DNA of 64,000 nt from Octopus vulgaris (GCA_951406725.2 OX597816.1:82584001-82648000), one strand, 5' to 3'. Shown: positions 37,809 to 49,373, numbered from the stretch's first letter. Program-made: numbers and translations. The notes: a model not told the origin generated them from the sequence alone.

Positions 37809-40800
37809 AGAGGAGTGATTACTTCATTTGGAAAAGGATGATTACATATATATATATGATTACATGATGTACTTCATGATATCAGAGTAAAAATAGAAAA
37901 GTATTATATAATCCTCAAATGCTACAATAAATTTAATAAAGTCATGAATTTGCCAATTATCCACAGGGCCTCAAAAACTGTGACAAAAAAATTTGAAAGC
38001 TAACTTTGGGAAATTTGAACTTAATCTGGAAGAAGGAGCACTGCAGAAAACATGACTACTAGGTTCACTGAAAATTATCTGGAAAGATAATACTCAATAC
38101 AAAGAGTGGATATGAACAAAGAAAAATAAATAAATAAATAAAAACATCTTTTATATAGAAAGTACAAAATGCTCCTTATCCTGGATCACAAGTAGTAATT
38201 AAGTAGGCAGTATAATTAAACTATGCACAACACCAATACAGTGAAAAAAAAAAAGTACATTACCAGAAGTAGAAACTTCTGTCTTCAAATTCATGTTGTT
38301 CTATGGGGTGACGATCTCCTGGATAGAATGCATTGGTGGCTGTTCCTAAACTGGTCTGCTCACACTTCACTAAATCATCAGTCCAACGGTTACCCTTGAA
38401 AGTAGATATATGCACATATATTGTTTAATATACATACAAAATATATACATCATTATTTTAACATATACTTTTCCATGCTCAAATTCATGCTTAAATTTTG
38501 AGGATGAAGTCTCCATACTCTCTATCGTTATAAATGACAAGAGAAATAGTATGATGAAAATTTATTTAACTATAAGAAATTTCAAATATCATGGCAAATT
38601 GTTTCATAAAAGCAAGTAAAGATAATTTATATTATTTTATTTAATAATAAATTACTTGCATGTCTGCATTAATGCAAAAAATCTTTTAAAACATGCAGAT
38701 ATGTAAATAATTTATAATAATATAAATTATCTTTACATGCTTTAAGTAATGAAACAATTTGTGATATTTGAATTTTCTTGTTAAATAAATTTTCCTCATA
38801 CAGTTTCTCTTATCATTTATGAACCTTATACACACCTTATTTTCTCTTATACTATATATTCTATGTTTGTAGACTGATACATTAAGGAGCATTTTTTATA
38901 ACTACTACTGGATTACTTGAACCTGTTATATTGTGACTTAAATTTTTACACACACACACATATTTTCCCCTCAGCTCCTCATCAAGGTTGATGATGACGT
39001 CTGCTTTCATAAGTTGATGAGACTGTTCATTCCCATTCTGGATCCATAAATACTACAGCAGATAAGGCAGGGAAAATATCTAGATTGTGTTGGTTGGTTT
39101 CAGGGTTCATGCTTATGTCATTTTTCCTTGAGATGGTGGTATCGATATTGCTTGAAGACTGACTCCTTTGCTTTGTCACAGTTGCTCTGTGATGTCTTTC
39201 TGTCTTAAGAGAGATTCTCAAAGCTGGGAGAATGGCCTGTTGCAAACTTGAATTTTCTTTAACAGATCTTTGTTTTCTTTTTTGTGCCCCATGAGAGCAA
39301 TCTCCAGTTTCAAGTCCTCTACAGGGGACAATTTTTGGAAGGTGATTTTCAGGCACCTATGCTACATGTCCTTCTCAGTGCAGAAGACAACAGTCAAAGA
39401 TGCATTCAATACTTGTGATTCCTGGATGCTGAAAGATATAGTGGGGAATCTATTGTTCTCAAGAGATGCCAAGAATTTTTTGAAAGCACTGAACATGAAA
39501 AATGTCCAGCATTCACTGCCATGCAGTGGTGTGGAGATCACAACAGCTCAATATGCAACAATTTTGGTATGAAAACAAAGACTTGAGTTGGCAAATACCT
39601 AGGATTTCAGTCTTCCAAACAAAGTAGCAGGTTGATGCAGTTGTTGATATCTTCATCAGTAAGTGCCAAATCTGAAATTATACTGCCAAGACAGCAGAAA
39701 GATTGTGTGTTTATCAGAGGTGAATTGTTTACATGCAGTTGCTGAGGAAGCTTGTTGCCTGTGAGTAATGTCTGCATGACCTTAGTCTTTTTTGGGATTG
39801 ATGGCACTACAGCTCTCAATGATGAACCAAGTTATCAAGATTGTCAAAGTAACATAGTTGCAGAATGCAATCAGAAAGGAAACCTGGCTTGAAGAAATTG
39901 ATGATGATTACAATTCACTGATCCAGAAAATGAAAAGTTGCATGTGGATAGTGAGAACTGTAAACCTACAGGAGCCAAACAGGGATCTCATAGGAAACTG
40001 GGAATATATTAGAGAAACAAAATGAAAAGGAATATGGAAGATCAACTTGATTATTTCATTCTCTGCAAGGTGATAAGAGATCTACAAAGAGGCATCAAGA
40101 ACTAGAGACTGAAAAGCAGCTGTTGCCGAAGAGAGGAAAATTCTAAAAAGAAGCAAGAAAGAGATGGCAGTTACTGGAGTTTATGGTGTTCAAGAACAAA
40201 GACAGGCTCATGGTTATGAACAAAAGGGGTTGGAGGAGGTCTGTGAAACCTTTTACATCAATCATTTTAAAATCATCAATGACACTGAATCCTCCACTGT
40301 CACAAGTATTTGAAGTGTCACCCATTTTGTTTTAAAGCTAATGAAGAACAAAAACCTCTTGAAAAGAGGTTATAATAGCAGAATGTTGAAGAGTGGAGAA
40401 TAACGACTAAAGAAAAATCTTCCTCTTTCATTGCAACTCATAAGTGAAAGTGAAAAACACCCTTACTGTCAGAGTTGAATAATATTTGGCTTTACAAGAA
40501 GGCTGATCTACAAAACTATCACCCCATATGCCTCTTGTGTCATTTCCACAAGCTGTTCAGAAAGGTCACAGTCACCAAACTATCATCACATCTTGACAAC
40601 CAACATATGAGGAGCATACAGGTTTTTGGAAGAACAACAGCACAAGAGTATAAGCTGCCTTTTTGTGTTGCCTTCATTTATTATATTGGTGGTGCTGAAG
40701 TCCTTTGACTGAGTAGGAATACAGAAAAGGAGGCAGCTTTATGCTACAAGTGAAGGATTAATGTGTGAGAGGAGCCAGAACAGAACAGGTTTCTTACAAT

Positions 40801-43800
40801 GGAGGAGCTACATGGTGATTCACATAATAGAAGAGAAGACGAGAATGACCATGGTGGAGCTGGAAAGAGATAAAAATAATGATGATGTGCCAAAGTAGAC
40901 CATAACAAGTGAAATAAGAGGAGACAGGAGAAGTGTGGGTGCATAGAGGTTGCAAAAGTGTATAAGAAAGTGGAATATAGTTAGAGATAATGAAAAGGTG
41001 AATATAATAAAGAACAAGAGTTAGAGGATAAGGGTGGTAGGAAGAAATTATGTAGGATTGATGGGTAACCAATGATGAGTTTAGAGGGACTATTCACTTC
41101 TCCTCTGGACATAATCTGATATCTATTCCTGACTGGTGGAAATAAGTGCAATGCACAAGCCTGCAGTAGATTTCAAATAAAAATGTTGAACTATTTTGTG
41201 CAAGTAGTCCAACTTTCACCTATTTAACTTTTACATGAATCAACAGAGCATGAAACATATTCACTATTGGTTATTTAATTACTTGAATAGTTAAATAACT
41301 TAATGCAACTTATATTGTGACTGGAAGATGTATTCAGAGTACCATTTGACAACTTCTATTGGGTTTCTGAGCATAGAGCAAGTCTGAATGAAATCAACAA
41401 CAAAGCAGGAGAAAAGCAGCCATTACCAACATATGTCAAAATCCTCTTCCACACCACCTACAACCTCATTTGTTAATAATTTTAATGCAAAAAGAAGATA
41501 TAAAATAATTTTTAAATAAAGAATAAAAAACAAAAAACAATGGATATTCTTCCAAACAAACAACTATGTAGCAGAAGTGGAATCCAATGCAAGTATTGGG
41601 GGCTGCAGCAAATGTTAGAAACCAAAAACAAAATACAACTTCATTGCCAGTAGAATCATCAAGCCAAAGAGAGAGAGACCAGAAGTAGAGGAAATAATGG
41701 AAGGATTTTGATGATGGGCTTGTGGGGAGTGCCACTGTGTGGAAATAAAGTCCTGAGAGGGTGTAGTTCACAATAGCACTTGAATTCCTGGACAGTGACA
41801 TTGGAAATTCATTCATTTATTAATAACCCAATATGACTAGGAAGAGTCTGGCTGATTCATCATGTAAAATGCTTACTAATGAGTCAAGACCATAGCATGG
41901 TTTTGTTAGTCATATCATTGAATCCTTCTTTATACAGTCTACCTGGTTGTAAATTAGTTAGCAAGACAGGTGTAAATAACAGTAGTTGGCAATGTATCAG
42001 AAACTGATTTGTTGTATCATCAGATCTGCTGAAATAGACCTATGATTTGCAATTAATTAACTGGGATTGATCTATAATAGTACAGCAAATATAAACAGAC
42101 CTCCATCTACCTAGGACCATGATGCACGATTGAGTCATGTGATTGTGTGGGGTGAATAGTGGAAAAGAGCACACTGAGGTGGCTGAAACAGAGATAATTA
42201 AGGCTGGCTTGCCTCGTGGAATCTACAAGTAAGACTAATATTAACAATTCCACAATCTAACACTACCAAGAATATATGCAAGGAGATGGAAAAATTAACT
42301 GCATCAAAAATACATAATGTAATTTTGATATGGAAGAGTTTATCTATGCCACAGTTATGACACAATCACTAAAATAAAAAGTTTTTATGGAATCAGCTGC
42401 AATAAACAGAAAGTTTCATTGTTAAAATAATTTTCTAATCCAATGAGGTTAATTTGATTAAGCAGATCTTACATGACGGGAAACACTGGTCAAGAATTTA
42501 ATACGAATTCTAACCTAATGCTTGGATTTCAATGAAGTAATAACAATATTTTTACATTGGTATAATGTCACATTATGAAATCAATTGAAAAAATTCCCCA
42601 ATATATAGCTAATATTTATGTTGATTTCCTCAGAACAAGGAAGAGCAGTGTCAACATGAACAGGATTTCAACTGAAGAATGCAGAACAAATCTAAATATT
42701 GTAAGGTATTTAGCCTGACACTCTGCATCTGCTACTCCACCATCCTTTTTCTGTGCTAATAAAAATCTACTACTCATTGTTAAAATGATGTTTAGGAAAT
42801 ATCTTGTTTTAACTGGATTCCAGAAGGAAAGTTATGCAGACAGTAGCCTCACTATGATTTTAGGAGCATCAAAAATCAGCAGCAAGATAATGAGAAGTGA
42901 TATCGTGGAAGCAGAGATGACTTTTTACAAAGTGGTTCCACTTGTGATAGAGATGTTACTAACAAGTGTCCTAATCTAAGCTTTGCATGTCTATTTCACT
43001 CGACAACGAATTATGGGGTACCTGCAGAAACAGGCCTCAGTGTAATATGATCATATCTATCTAGTGCTTAGAAGAAACTATGTAAATGTTCTAGTGAAGG
43101 TTGTAATAAAAATAACATGATAGACTGTTTTTGTTTATATTTACTTATGAAGTTCTCCCCTTCTATCAGAATATCGAATATGTTATTGGACATTTGTGTC
43201 CGTTTTGTGGATGGTTAACAGATGAAACTTGTAAAACCTACACAAACAGAAACATGTAAATGTTTCTGAAACTGCGAGGAAATCCTGAGAAGTAATGAGA
43301 AGAGAATGAGAGAAATCTTCCCCCGGATAGTACGCCAGTTTTTCTGGTACCCACACAAACAGGTGAACTGAAGCGATGTAGAATCAAGTGTTCTGTTCAG
43401 AATAATAGCGAAAACCCAGCAGGAATCTCATAACCCACGAGCAGATAGATCGGTACTTTATTTACTAAAGTTACTTCAATTCCACCAATTAACGAACAGT
43501 TTCTCAAAATTGACGAGTAAATTTACGTACAGCTTGTAAATTTATACAGCAATTAGGATTCAAAATTGGCTTTAAGCACCACAAACCTCATAGTTTGAGG
43601 ATGTCATCAATCCATGTTCTCTATCCAACTACCAGCACATATATTTACATACAAAAACCAAAATGCAACGGGTTGCAGTGTTAGATCACCTTAATGGGTA
43701 TTGTCAGAAACACAGATTCAATTTCTGACAAGAACGATTTCCATTTAATGCTTAAGGAAGAAAACTTGTAAACGTCCACAGCAAGCCGCGATCCATCCTT

Positions 43801-44356
43801 TAAGTGTTCAAGTGTATGTATGTGAGCGTGTGTGTGCTGTGAAAATAAATACTTCATTGAACTTGATTTCGCTTGGTACCAAACCTAACCTAAGGAGCTT
43901 TAAACAGTAAATAATTAACAATTGAAAATTTGCAAAATGTAGAACATAAATAAAAGAACAACGAATGTTTTCAAAGATCCACGGATTCAAATTACACTTT
44001 TAATTCTGAGAAGCATATTCGGATATATCTTCCGATAAAATGAAGCAGAATTTTGGAGATGAGTTACATTTTGACACCACCCCCACCAAATATGTATTAT
44101 TCTCTGTATGTGCGCATATACATACTATATTATAACAATTTTCATAAAGTTATACAATTGACAAACATGAAGTTATTGTGTATTATACTTCAAGAAAAAG
44201 TTTATTAAAAAATGTCTAAGTTTAATTGCACAAGACGGGGGGTGGGGAGATCAACATATTCGAAAAATAAGTTCGTAAAAAATTAAGTTAGATTTCTATT
44301 TTTAACACAACTTAAAAAAGATAGACACTATCCCACTTGCTTTATATATGTATATG

Positions 44357-44395
<39 letters not shown>

Positions 44396-44984
44396 TATGA
44401 TAAATATATATATACATATATATATATATATAATAATAATAATATCAGGGAGTATATATGACATTTTTAGTAAATCGCTCAAGTCGAAGCCTTCTTAATA
44501 TAAGCAGAATCGATTGTTATTTAGAATATATACATATTTAACGGCAAAAACTTTAGTGACAAGAACTTTCAGCGAGAGACGGAAATTGAAAATCGAATAC
44601 AAAAATTACGACAAAAATCTATATGAAAAAAACAAACACAATCATTATCATAATTGTAAGTCAGCTTTTATAAATATATATATATACAAAGATTATATAT
44701 CTAAATGTGTATATATATATAGTGTGTGTGTGTGTGTATGTATAATACGTTATATATATATATATATACATACATATATAATATGTATATTAAAAATTCT
44801 AGAAAGAGGACATCTTTTTTGCTTGTTTTTTTTTAATATCTTTTCACTTCCACCAGCTGTTTCAAACGAAATTATCAAATAAACAATTTAACAGTGCACA
44901 AGATAGTCAAGAGCCACTCACCTGCATTCCTAACCATGGATTCATATCATATGTAGTTCCATTGGAGATAATCCCGCTGGACAT
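19416..44984 (-). CDS. TAB1: TAK1-binding protein 1 (PP2C-like pseudophosphatase), 7 coding exons, 563 aa
   Basis: Exons 44922-44984, 38264-38394, 29125-29278, 24544-24630, 23404-23530, 21058-21283, 19416-20319. All GT-AG and phase-consistent (1692 nt). TAB1 signatures WTDDL, LYGVFDGHDG..NFVAQR, ISGG..A.VAL, TRCIGDY, AQAVV.RV and the C-terminal GKVESYVDF TAK1-binding motif. Confidence 0.95.
21058..21283 (-). CDS. TAB1: TAB1 exon 6
   Basis: GNTRALFCKSENGTLHVNQLSVDHTVSNDEELRRLLHLGLD...TRCIGDYSVKAGYKDIENL; AG/GT, phase 1 to 2. Confidence 0.95.
22294..22750. mobile_element. Two older RTE 3' end fragments head-to-head
   Basis: Minus copy from 22294 (ttttccatgctggcatgggttgg); plus copy ending in atgatgatga at ~22750. 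Confidence 0.65.
23404..23530 (-). CDS. TAB1: TAB1 exon 5
   Basis: NMHYKPSQDIQKKLQEVEAKISGGTTATVALIHHNKLFVINV; AG/GT. Confidence 0.95.
23718..24050 (+). mobile_element. SINE family B (tRNA head, CORE/V-like accttgggcaag segment)
   Basis: B-box-like ggttcagttcc, gcaccttgggcaagtgtcttctactatagcc, internal microsatellite, tail gtgccctagcatggtcacagtc. Many copies in the window. Confidence 0.8.
24544..24630 (-). CDS. TAB1: TAB1 exon 4
   Basis: AFVAVERGYFETVNDPLSEKAALQLQIRE; AG/GTGAGT, phase 0. Confidence 0.93.
25185..25465 (+). mobile_element. CR1/L2-group LINE 3' end, young
   Basis: RRGAFSVRVADPWNKLPDEMV...FKASLD terminal motif, short 3' UTR, (AACT)n tail. Confidence 0.8.
27180..27500 (+). mobile_element. 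SINE family B variant
   Basis: gtatggtaaggagcttgcttcccagccacatggtttcaggttcagtccc head. Confidence 0.75.
27532..28715 (+). mobile_element. RTE LINE fragment (RT C-terminal region plus part of 3' UTR)
   Basis: 205-aa ORF with [38 protein letters not shown]; frameshifted. Confidence 0.9.
29125..29278 (-). CDS. TAB1: TAB1 exon 3
   Basis: SDDGCSLYGVFDGHDGSKLSNFVAQRIPADLLLGQL...ILQQ; AG/GTGAGT. Confidence 0.96.
31007..31170 (+). mobile_element. SINE family A, 5'-truncated young copy
   Basis: Close match to 8478-8640. Confidence 0.85.
31183..31417 (+). mobile_element. mariner transposon 5' fragment (TIR plus transposase start)
   Basis: TA then ttgggtcaacccataaataatgcagttttt (mariner-type TIR). 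ATG at 31367 gives MEVTKEHIRHILLYKFN, a mariner N-terminal HTH start. Truncated by a family-B SINE at 31418. Confidence 0.75.
31418..31515 (+). mobile_element. SINE family B head
   Basis: gagtggctgtgtggtaag...ccgggttcagtcccactgcgtggcaccttgggcaag. Confidence 0.8.
31580..32090. mobile_element. Cluster of RTE 3' end fragments (one plus, two minus)
   Basis: Three GAT/CAT tails with ccatgctagcatgggttgg-type termini. Confidence 0.7.
32617..33850 (+). mobile_element. Older RTE LINE 3' half interrupted by a SINE
   Basis: [15 protein letters not shown]...[10 protein letters not shown], resuming after the SINE with THKRCSG...CGRC; GAT tail at ~33845. Confidence 0.88.
32772..32969 (-). mobile_element. 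SINE family A nested in the RTE zinc-finger coding sequence
   Basis: Reverse complement of family A. The RTE sequence is continuous across it (aagcta | tgacacataag). Confidence 0.88.
34173..34482. repeat. Mosaic of three locally duplicated segments
   Basis: 34173-34279 = 33430-33536 (direct); 34278-34386 = revcomp 35254-35362; 34384-34482 = revcomp 34748-34846. Confidence 0.9.
34748..35796 (-). mobile_element. RTE LINE apurinic-endonuclease region, degenerate
   Basis: QKDCFYESL, IIMAGDF, RNEERTRLLEFCDAN, NTNFRK..SHLITYQSG..SCIDYILTR motifs. Confidence 0.85.
35853..35945. repeat. Fold-back palindrome centred on an RTE tail terminus
   Basis: gacagacctcatacgtacacacacacatatcatcatcatcgtt-t-aacgatgatg...atatgtgtgtgtgtacatatgaggtctgtc. 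Confidence 0.9.
36893..37123 (-). mobile_element. SINE family A variant with an alternative 3' tail, full length
   Basis: CpG-rich head ggcggcgtgctggcagaaacgttagcacg. 19-bp TSD acatcactgacatgatacc (36874-36892) / atatcactgacataatacc (37124-37142). Confidence 0.9.
37450..37760 (-). mobile_element. Older RTE 3' end fragment
   Basis: CAT tail, ggatgccctccctaatgc motif. Confidence 0.7.
38264..38394 (-). CDS. TAB1: TAB1 exon 2
   Basis: GNRWTDDLVKCEQTSLGTATNAFYPGDRHPIEQHEFEDRSFYF; AG/GT, phase 0 to 2. Confidence 0.93.
38530..38820. repeat. AT-rich imperfect inverted repeat (possible old MITE)
   Basis: Arms ~38530-38669 and ~38693-38820. The ORF track shows near-identical peptides on opposite strands. 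Confidence 0.8.
39000..40710. mobile_element. Very old RTE-clade LINE fragments in both orientations
   Basis: Plus: KADLQNYHPICLL..HKLF.K and EYKLPFCVAFI. Minus: FCCLGSIIS...DEDINNCI. Confidence 0.6.
44343..44432. repeat. (TA)n microsatellite cluster
   Basis: Directly visible. Confidence 0.95.
44922..44984 (-). CDS. TAB1: TAB1 exon 1 (coding part)
   Basis: MSSGIISNGTTYDMNPWLGMQ followed by a CAG/GTGAGT donor, phase 0 matching exon 2. Lies in a CpG-richer region. Homology is weak, so the call rests on splice fit. Confidence 0.75.
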
Positions 44985-45050
44985 TTCTCCTTTAAAGACC
45001 CAAACTTATAAAAGCTTCACTCGAAAATAGTCACATCCGTTTCATTTTCG

Positions 45051-45058
45051 CCGGAAGT
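45051..45058. promoter_or_regulatory. ETS/GABP motif CCGGAAGT near the predicted TAB1 start
   Basis: Perfect consensus ~67 bp upstream of the predicted ATG; typical of housekeeping promoters. Confidence 0.5.
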
Positions 45059-45944
45059 AGTGCAAGTGTCAGTCGATTGAGTTTGCGCAGCCACAACAGC
45101 AGCCATCATGTTCCTTTCTATTTATTATTAGTATTATTCTTATTACGTTGACGTTTAACCCTAGGCTAGCCTTCATTCAGCAAATCTTTAATGGAAGTCG
45201 TTCCAGCTATGACTATCTCGTCTGTTTCTCGGGCATTGCGTACCTAGAATATCTTAGTCAATGTTTCCCCCCCTTTCCACGACAGAAGGATGACATTTAG
45301 AGAGATTTAACCTCTGGTTCTTACTGGTTGAGCGAACATAGCTCATACTATTTATTATTGTGGGTTTCTTCTGAATAACCATCAATGGAGAAGTAAATTG
45401 AAATCAATTTTGATCAAAATTAATATCTTGCCTAGTTTTTTTTTCTTTTTCATAAGTGAAACGTTTCTATCTTTAGATGCTTTATCGTATATTGACAACT
45501 TTTAAAAAATATGAATTCATCATGTTACGTGAAAAACTAAAATAGCTGCATAAAAACCAGTGTGAGAGAACATCTACATGATCACTCGATCTGCTAGAAA
45601 TAGCAACTGAATCCCACTTCACACTCTAAGTGAGGTTGTCTTTGATATACCATAGTAAAAAAAAAACAATAAAAAAAAAACGGGATGATCGTGGCTAGAA
45701 CGCCTTTGTTCAAGTGTCTGCTCGGCCCAAACTGACCGGGTGGGGATAAACAAACTTCGAAGAATCCAGTTGTAGTCTAATAAAAAAAAAATCGGTTGAT
45801 TAAGTTATCAGTTTAAATAAGCGACGTTAAATATGCATCTTGTTGGCACTTTGCTCGCCTCAACACATGTGTCACTGCTAGGAATAGGGTTTTTTTAATT
45901 ATATTATTGGTATATTTCTTAGATTAGTTTAATGTAGCCGAGTT

Positions 45945-46355
45945 GGATCTTTTCGGTTTGAACGGCAGTTTTTAAAAATAATTTCCACGTAACTAAACAC
46001 TTTTAAACTTCGTATACTGGTAGAATGTGTTTATAAAACATCTTTTTCTCTTGGCTTTATTGAGAAAATTCTATAGTTTGTAACATATTTGTTGTTTTTT
46101 TTCTGCAATTTCAACCAATCAGTGACTTCTATTGAGGTGAAAACATTCTGTGCCGTATGAATATGTCCCTCGTTTAAGAAACATTGGGTTTATTTACATT
46201 TCTGAAGAAAAAAGATACCATTCCTCCCACCCCTAACCTTAACCCTAACCCTAAAACAGATTGAAATGCAATAGATCGATACTAGGGTCATAATTATGAG
46301 TGACAATTTCATATGACATTGCTAGATAAAACAGCCGTTCAAACCGAAAAGATCC
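45945..46355. mobile_element. MITE with 28-bp TIRs and a perfect 8-bp TSD (Merlin- or hAT-like)
   Basis: TIR ggatcttttcggtttgaacggcWgtttt with 1 mismatch. TSD gccgagtt at 45937-45944 and 46356-46363. Internal ccctaa repeats. Confidence 0.92.
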
Positions 46356-47589
46356 GCCGAGTTGATTATTTCAATTGGTATGAAATTAAATAAATGACAA
46401 AGGAACAGGAAATTGGAAACCAACTACATTTTATCAGAAGAAACACTTTGGGGTTTTTACTGCACTGTTTCTTCCCGTTAATCTGTAATTTCTTCAAAGA
46501 TCTTGAAAGTTACATTTTCCAATCTTGATCAGGAATTCCCTAATATTTTGGTAGGACTCTTTGGAGAAAAGTAAAAGGTATCCACATAAGAAAATGTCAG
46601 GAAACGAGGGGTAAAGTCAAGCTGGAAAATTTGTTAAAATATGGGTTAAGAAAAAAACAAAGTAACTACTAACTTCAGTATACGTCAGATTCTTTTATGG
46701 AATATGGATTGTGCTTGGCTGAATTGTATAAAGGAGTCCTGTGTATTTGCAGATATGTTGTAATAATCACACCTTTCTTAAGGACATTATCAGCTGAGCG
46801 AAATGACTTCAGATAGAGAAACCGTACCATAGTGTCTCCACTCACTGGGATTTTATCTCACAGATGCCACAAAGTTACAAGTGTTAACCTTTCATCTTTA
46901 GTATCTTGTATTTGTAAAATTGTCTTTTATTGCTAATTGTACAAATTATCCTATCGATAGAATAAATTATTATATCACAAGGAAAAGAAAAGTAGTTGAA
47001 CTTATTTTTACAGATGTTGGATAACTTCAAATGATGTTTTTAATTATTTAGTCTGAAAAGAGGTAATAAAGTCTAAAAGAAAAGGAGAGCATTGTACTTC
47101 TGTCCCAGCTCTGTCTTGGCTTTTCCTCTTTCCATAACAGATAAAACCCAACACATCTTTCTCCTCAATAAATTTGGGATCTTATGCCCATGTGAGAAAA
47201 AATAGATGAGCTTCAGTAAAGAGACACTACATAGAATGAGGCTGATATAGTTAATCAGTATAAGCATTTGTATGTTATTAGCAGGAGTGAACCATGTGTG
47301 TGTGGTGAGAGATAGGCACTTAACACATTGTTTGGGAAAGAAAAATTGGAGAAGTGCTTATTACAAGTTTTAAGGAATGAGACAGTAGGGATCTCGAGAG
47401 GAAGTCAAACAAGGGACAAATGGTTTTAGATGAAAGACAGTGTACAATAAATAAGTTTATAGGTTGTATAACCGATGTGGTAAATGCTGAAGAGGTAAAT
47501 GTTTAGATTGGAAGAAGTTCTGAACAGTTCAACTTTACGATATATACATAATTTAATTTTTCCTTTTCTTCTCTCCATTTTGTTCATGA

Positions 47590-48085
47590 GATGCATGTTA
47601 CCCTTCATGAAAATTAGTATGTCAAAGTTCTCATCAGACAAGATGATCTGTTGGCCCTCAAGATGTCCTTGCCTATAGAGAACAAACACCCCACTGAAGC
47701 ACTGGAGGGGTTGCTGTGTTGAACTTGATGAACAAGTCCACCAACACTTACTCACCCAAGAAGGCAGCATCTGTCAGCAAGTCCTTGAAGTTGGTCTCCG
47801 ACCGGGTTTTGACCAGATGCTGGGCCTTGTCTTTGAGTGACCTGTGGCTCTTGCTGCTCTCTTTTGGATGGGTAACATCACTGAAGAAGTCATCCTCCTT
47901 CTCTTTGTTGTTGATGCTCACTTCATCAGACTGCTGCCTCATGGCCTCATCGACCTTACCCTCCATGTTTTTCCTCACCTTGGCGACCTTGATGTTGTCG
48001 TACTTATCCAACCAGATGAAGCGAAACTTGTGGGTGGAAGGCAGCAGCCAGCTGGTATTCCTCATCCTCCAGGAGGGTCCCAACG
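47590..48085 (-). mobile_element. hAT transposase C-terminal (dimerisation domain) relic
   Basis: Across frameshifts: HKFRFIWL ... LVDLFIKFNTATPSSASV.. LFSIGKDILRANRS.LSDENFDILIFMK, matching the hAT P-SSA-VER-FS...R--LSD--FE-L-FLK motif. Confidence 0.8.
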
Positions 48086-48977
48086 GAAGTCAACTCAAGA
48101 AGTTAAATATAACGCAAGTTAATTAGTCCGATAATGATTTCCAAAGTTATCTTAAAAGTAAAATCGTTAATGAAAATATCAACTTTGCTGATTAACGATT
48201 TAGTGCCCAGATTTGCCACCTCATCAGAACAGGATTCGAACTGAGAACGTAGAAAGTCAAAATTGCTTTATAGCCTACATTACTATCATTCCACGGTCTT
48301 CTTGATTTGTCAGGACTATTCCAACTGACATGTGACACAGAATCAATAATTTATAGCATGGGCATTACGCTTGTCGCTCACCATCCCAGTCTCTGGTCAC
48401 AGATGAGATTTTATCTCTCTCTGATCTTTCTCCTGCTGCTAAAATGGTATTTTTTTATTGAAAGTGGCTAGTTTTCATTCAGGTGCTCGCTTCTCGACAT
48501 CTTGTCAAGCATACTGTACTGACCACTTCGCTCTTGCACTATCACTTCCTCTCCAAAACGTCGACCGTCTGGAATTACTCCCCGGTACACATTTTATTTA
48601 GCAATCATTAAGTTGCATCCTTTCAAAAGGAGCAACAATCACATCGGTTTCACTGGTCTCAGAGAGTTTGTGAACAACATAGACACAACCCATTCTTCCA
48701 GATCAAAAGAAAACAAAAAAAACAACAACAAAAATAATGTTCTATTCTCGACATTACAATACTGATTATAAGACATGCAATCCCCCTGATTTAGCGGTTC
48801 TTCGGCAAGACAATTCAATAGAATATGTACCAGGCTTTAAAAAGTTATGGGGTCAATTCATTCGACTAAACCCTTCAAGGTACTGCTTCAGCATGGTTGC
48901 AGTCTAATGAATGAAACATAAAAAAATCTAAAGACTTTTTTGTGACGTCAGTATTGTACAGTTAAATGTGTTTGGGG

Positions 48978-49170
48978 TTAAGCTGTCAGAATTCTTAGAG
49001 CGCCGGAAAAATGTCTTGCAGCATCTGTTCCGTCACTTTACCTTTTGAGTTTGGCCCTACGAGGTTAATTTTGCTTTTCATGATCGATAAAATAAAGTAG
49101 CAGCTGAGTTCTGGAGTCAATGGTATCGACAACCCCACCCCCAAATTGCTGGTTTTGTGTCTAAATTTAA
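48978..49170 (+). mobile_element. SINE family A, old copy
   Basis: aagctgtcagaattcttagagcgcc...gataaaataaagtagcag similarity. Confidence 0.6.
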
Positions 49171-49373
49171 AAAAACAACATTATTACAATTGCAGCGTGG
49201 AAGGTGTTTATAAACCATTTAAAAACACCTCCCACTCTGCAATTGCTTTTGTTTCAGCACATGATCTCAGCTCAGGTCACTTGCTATGCAGGTACATATC
49301 CGTAAACATTATTACGTTTATTTAGTGTGATGAGAAAGCATTATTATTTAATGACAAACAATAACTGTTTAGA

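Noticed and set aside
45018-45110. Upstream ORF MMAAVVAAQTQ... as an alternative TAB1 start
   Set aside because: It ends at a TGA before exon 1 coding sequence and probably overlaps the promoter; the TSS is unknown.
46231-46254. Relic chromosome end or fusion site
   Set aside because: Only about four units, and enclosed within a TIR/TSD-bounded MITE.
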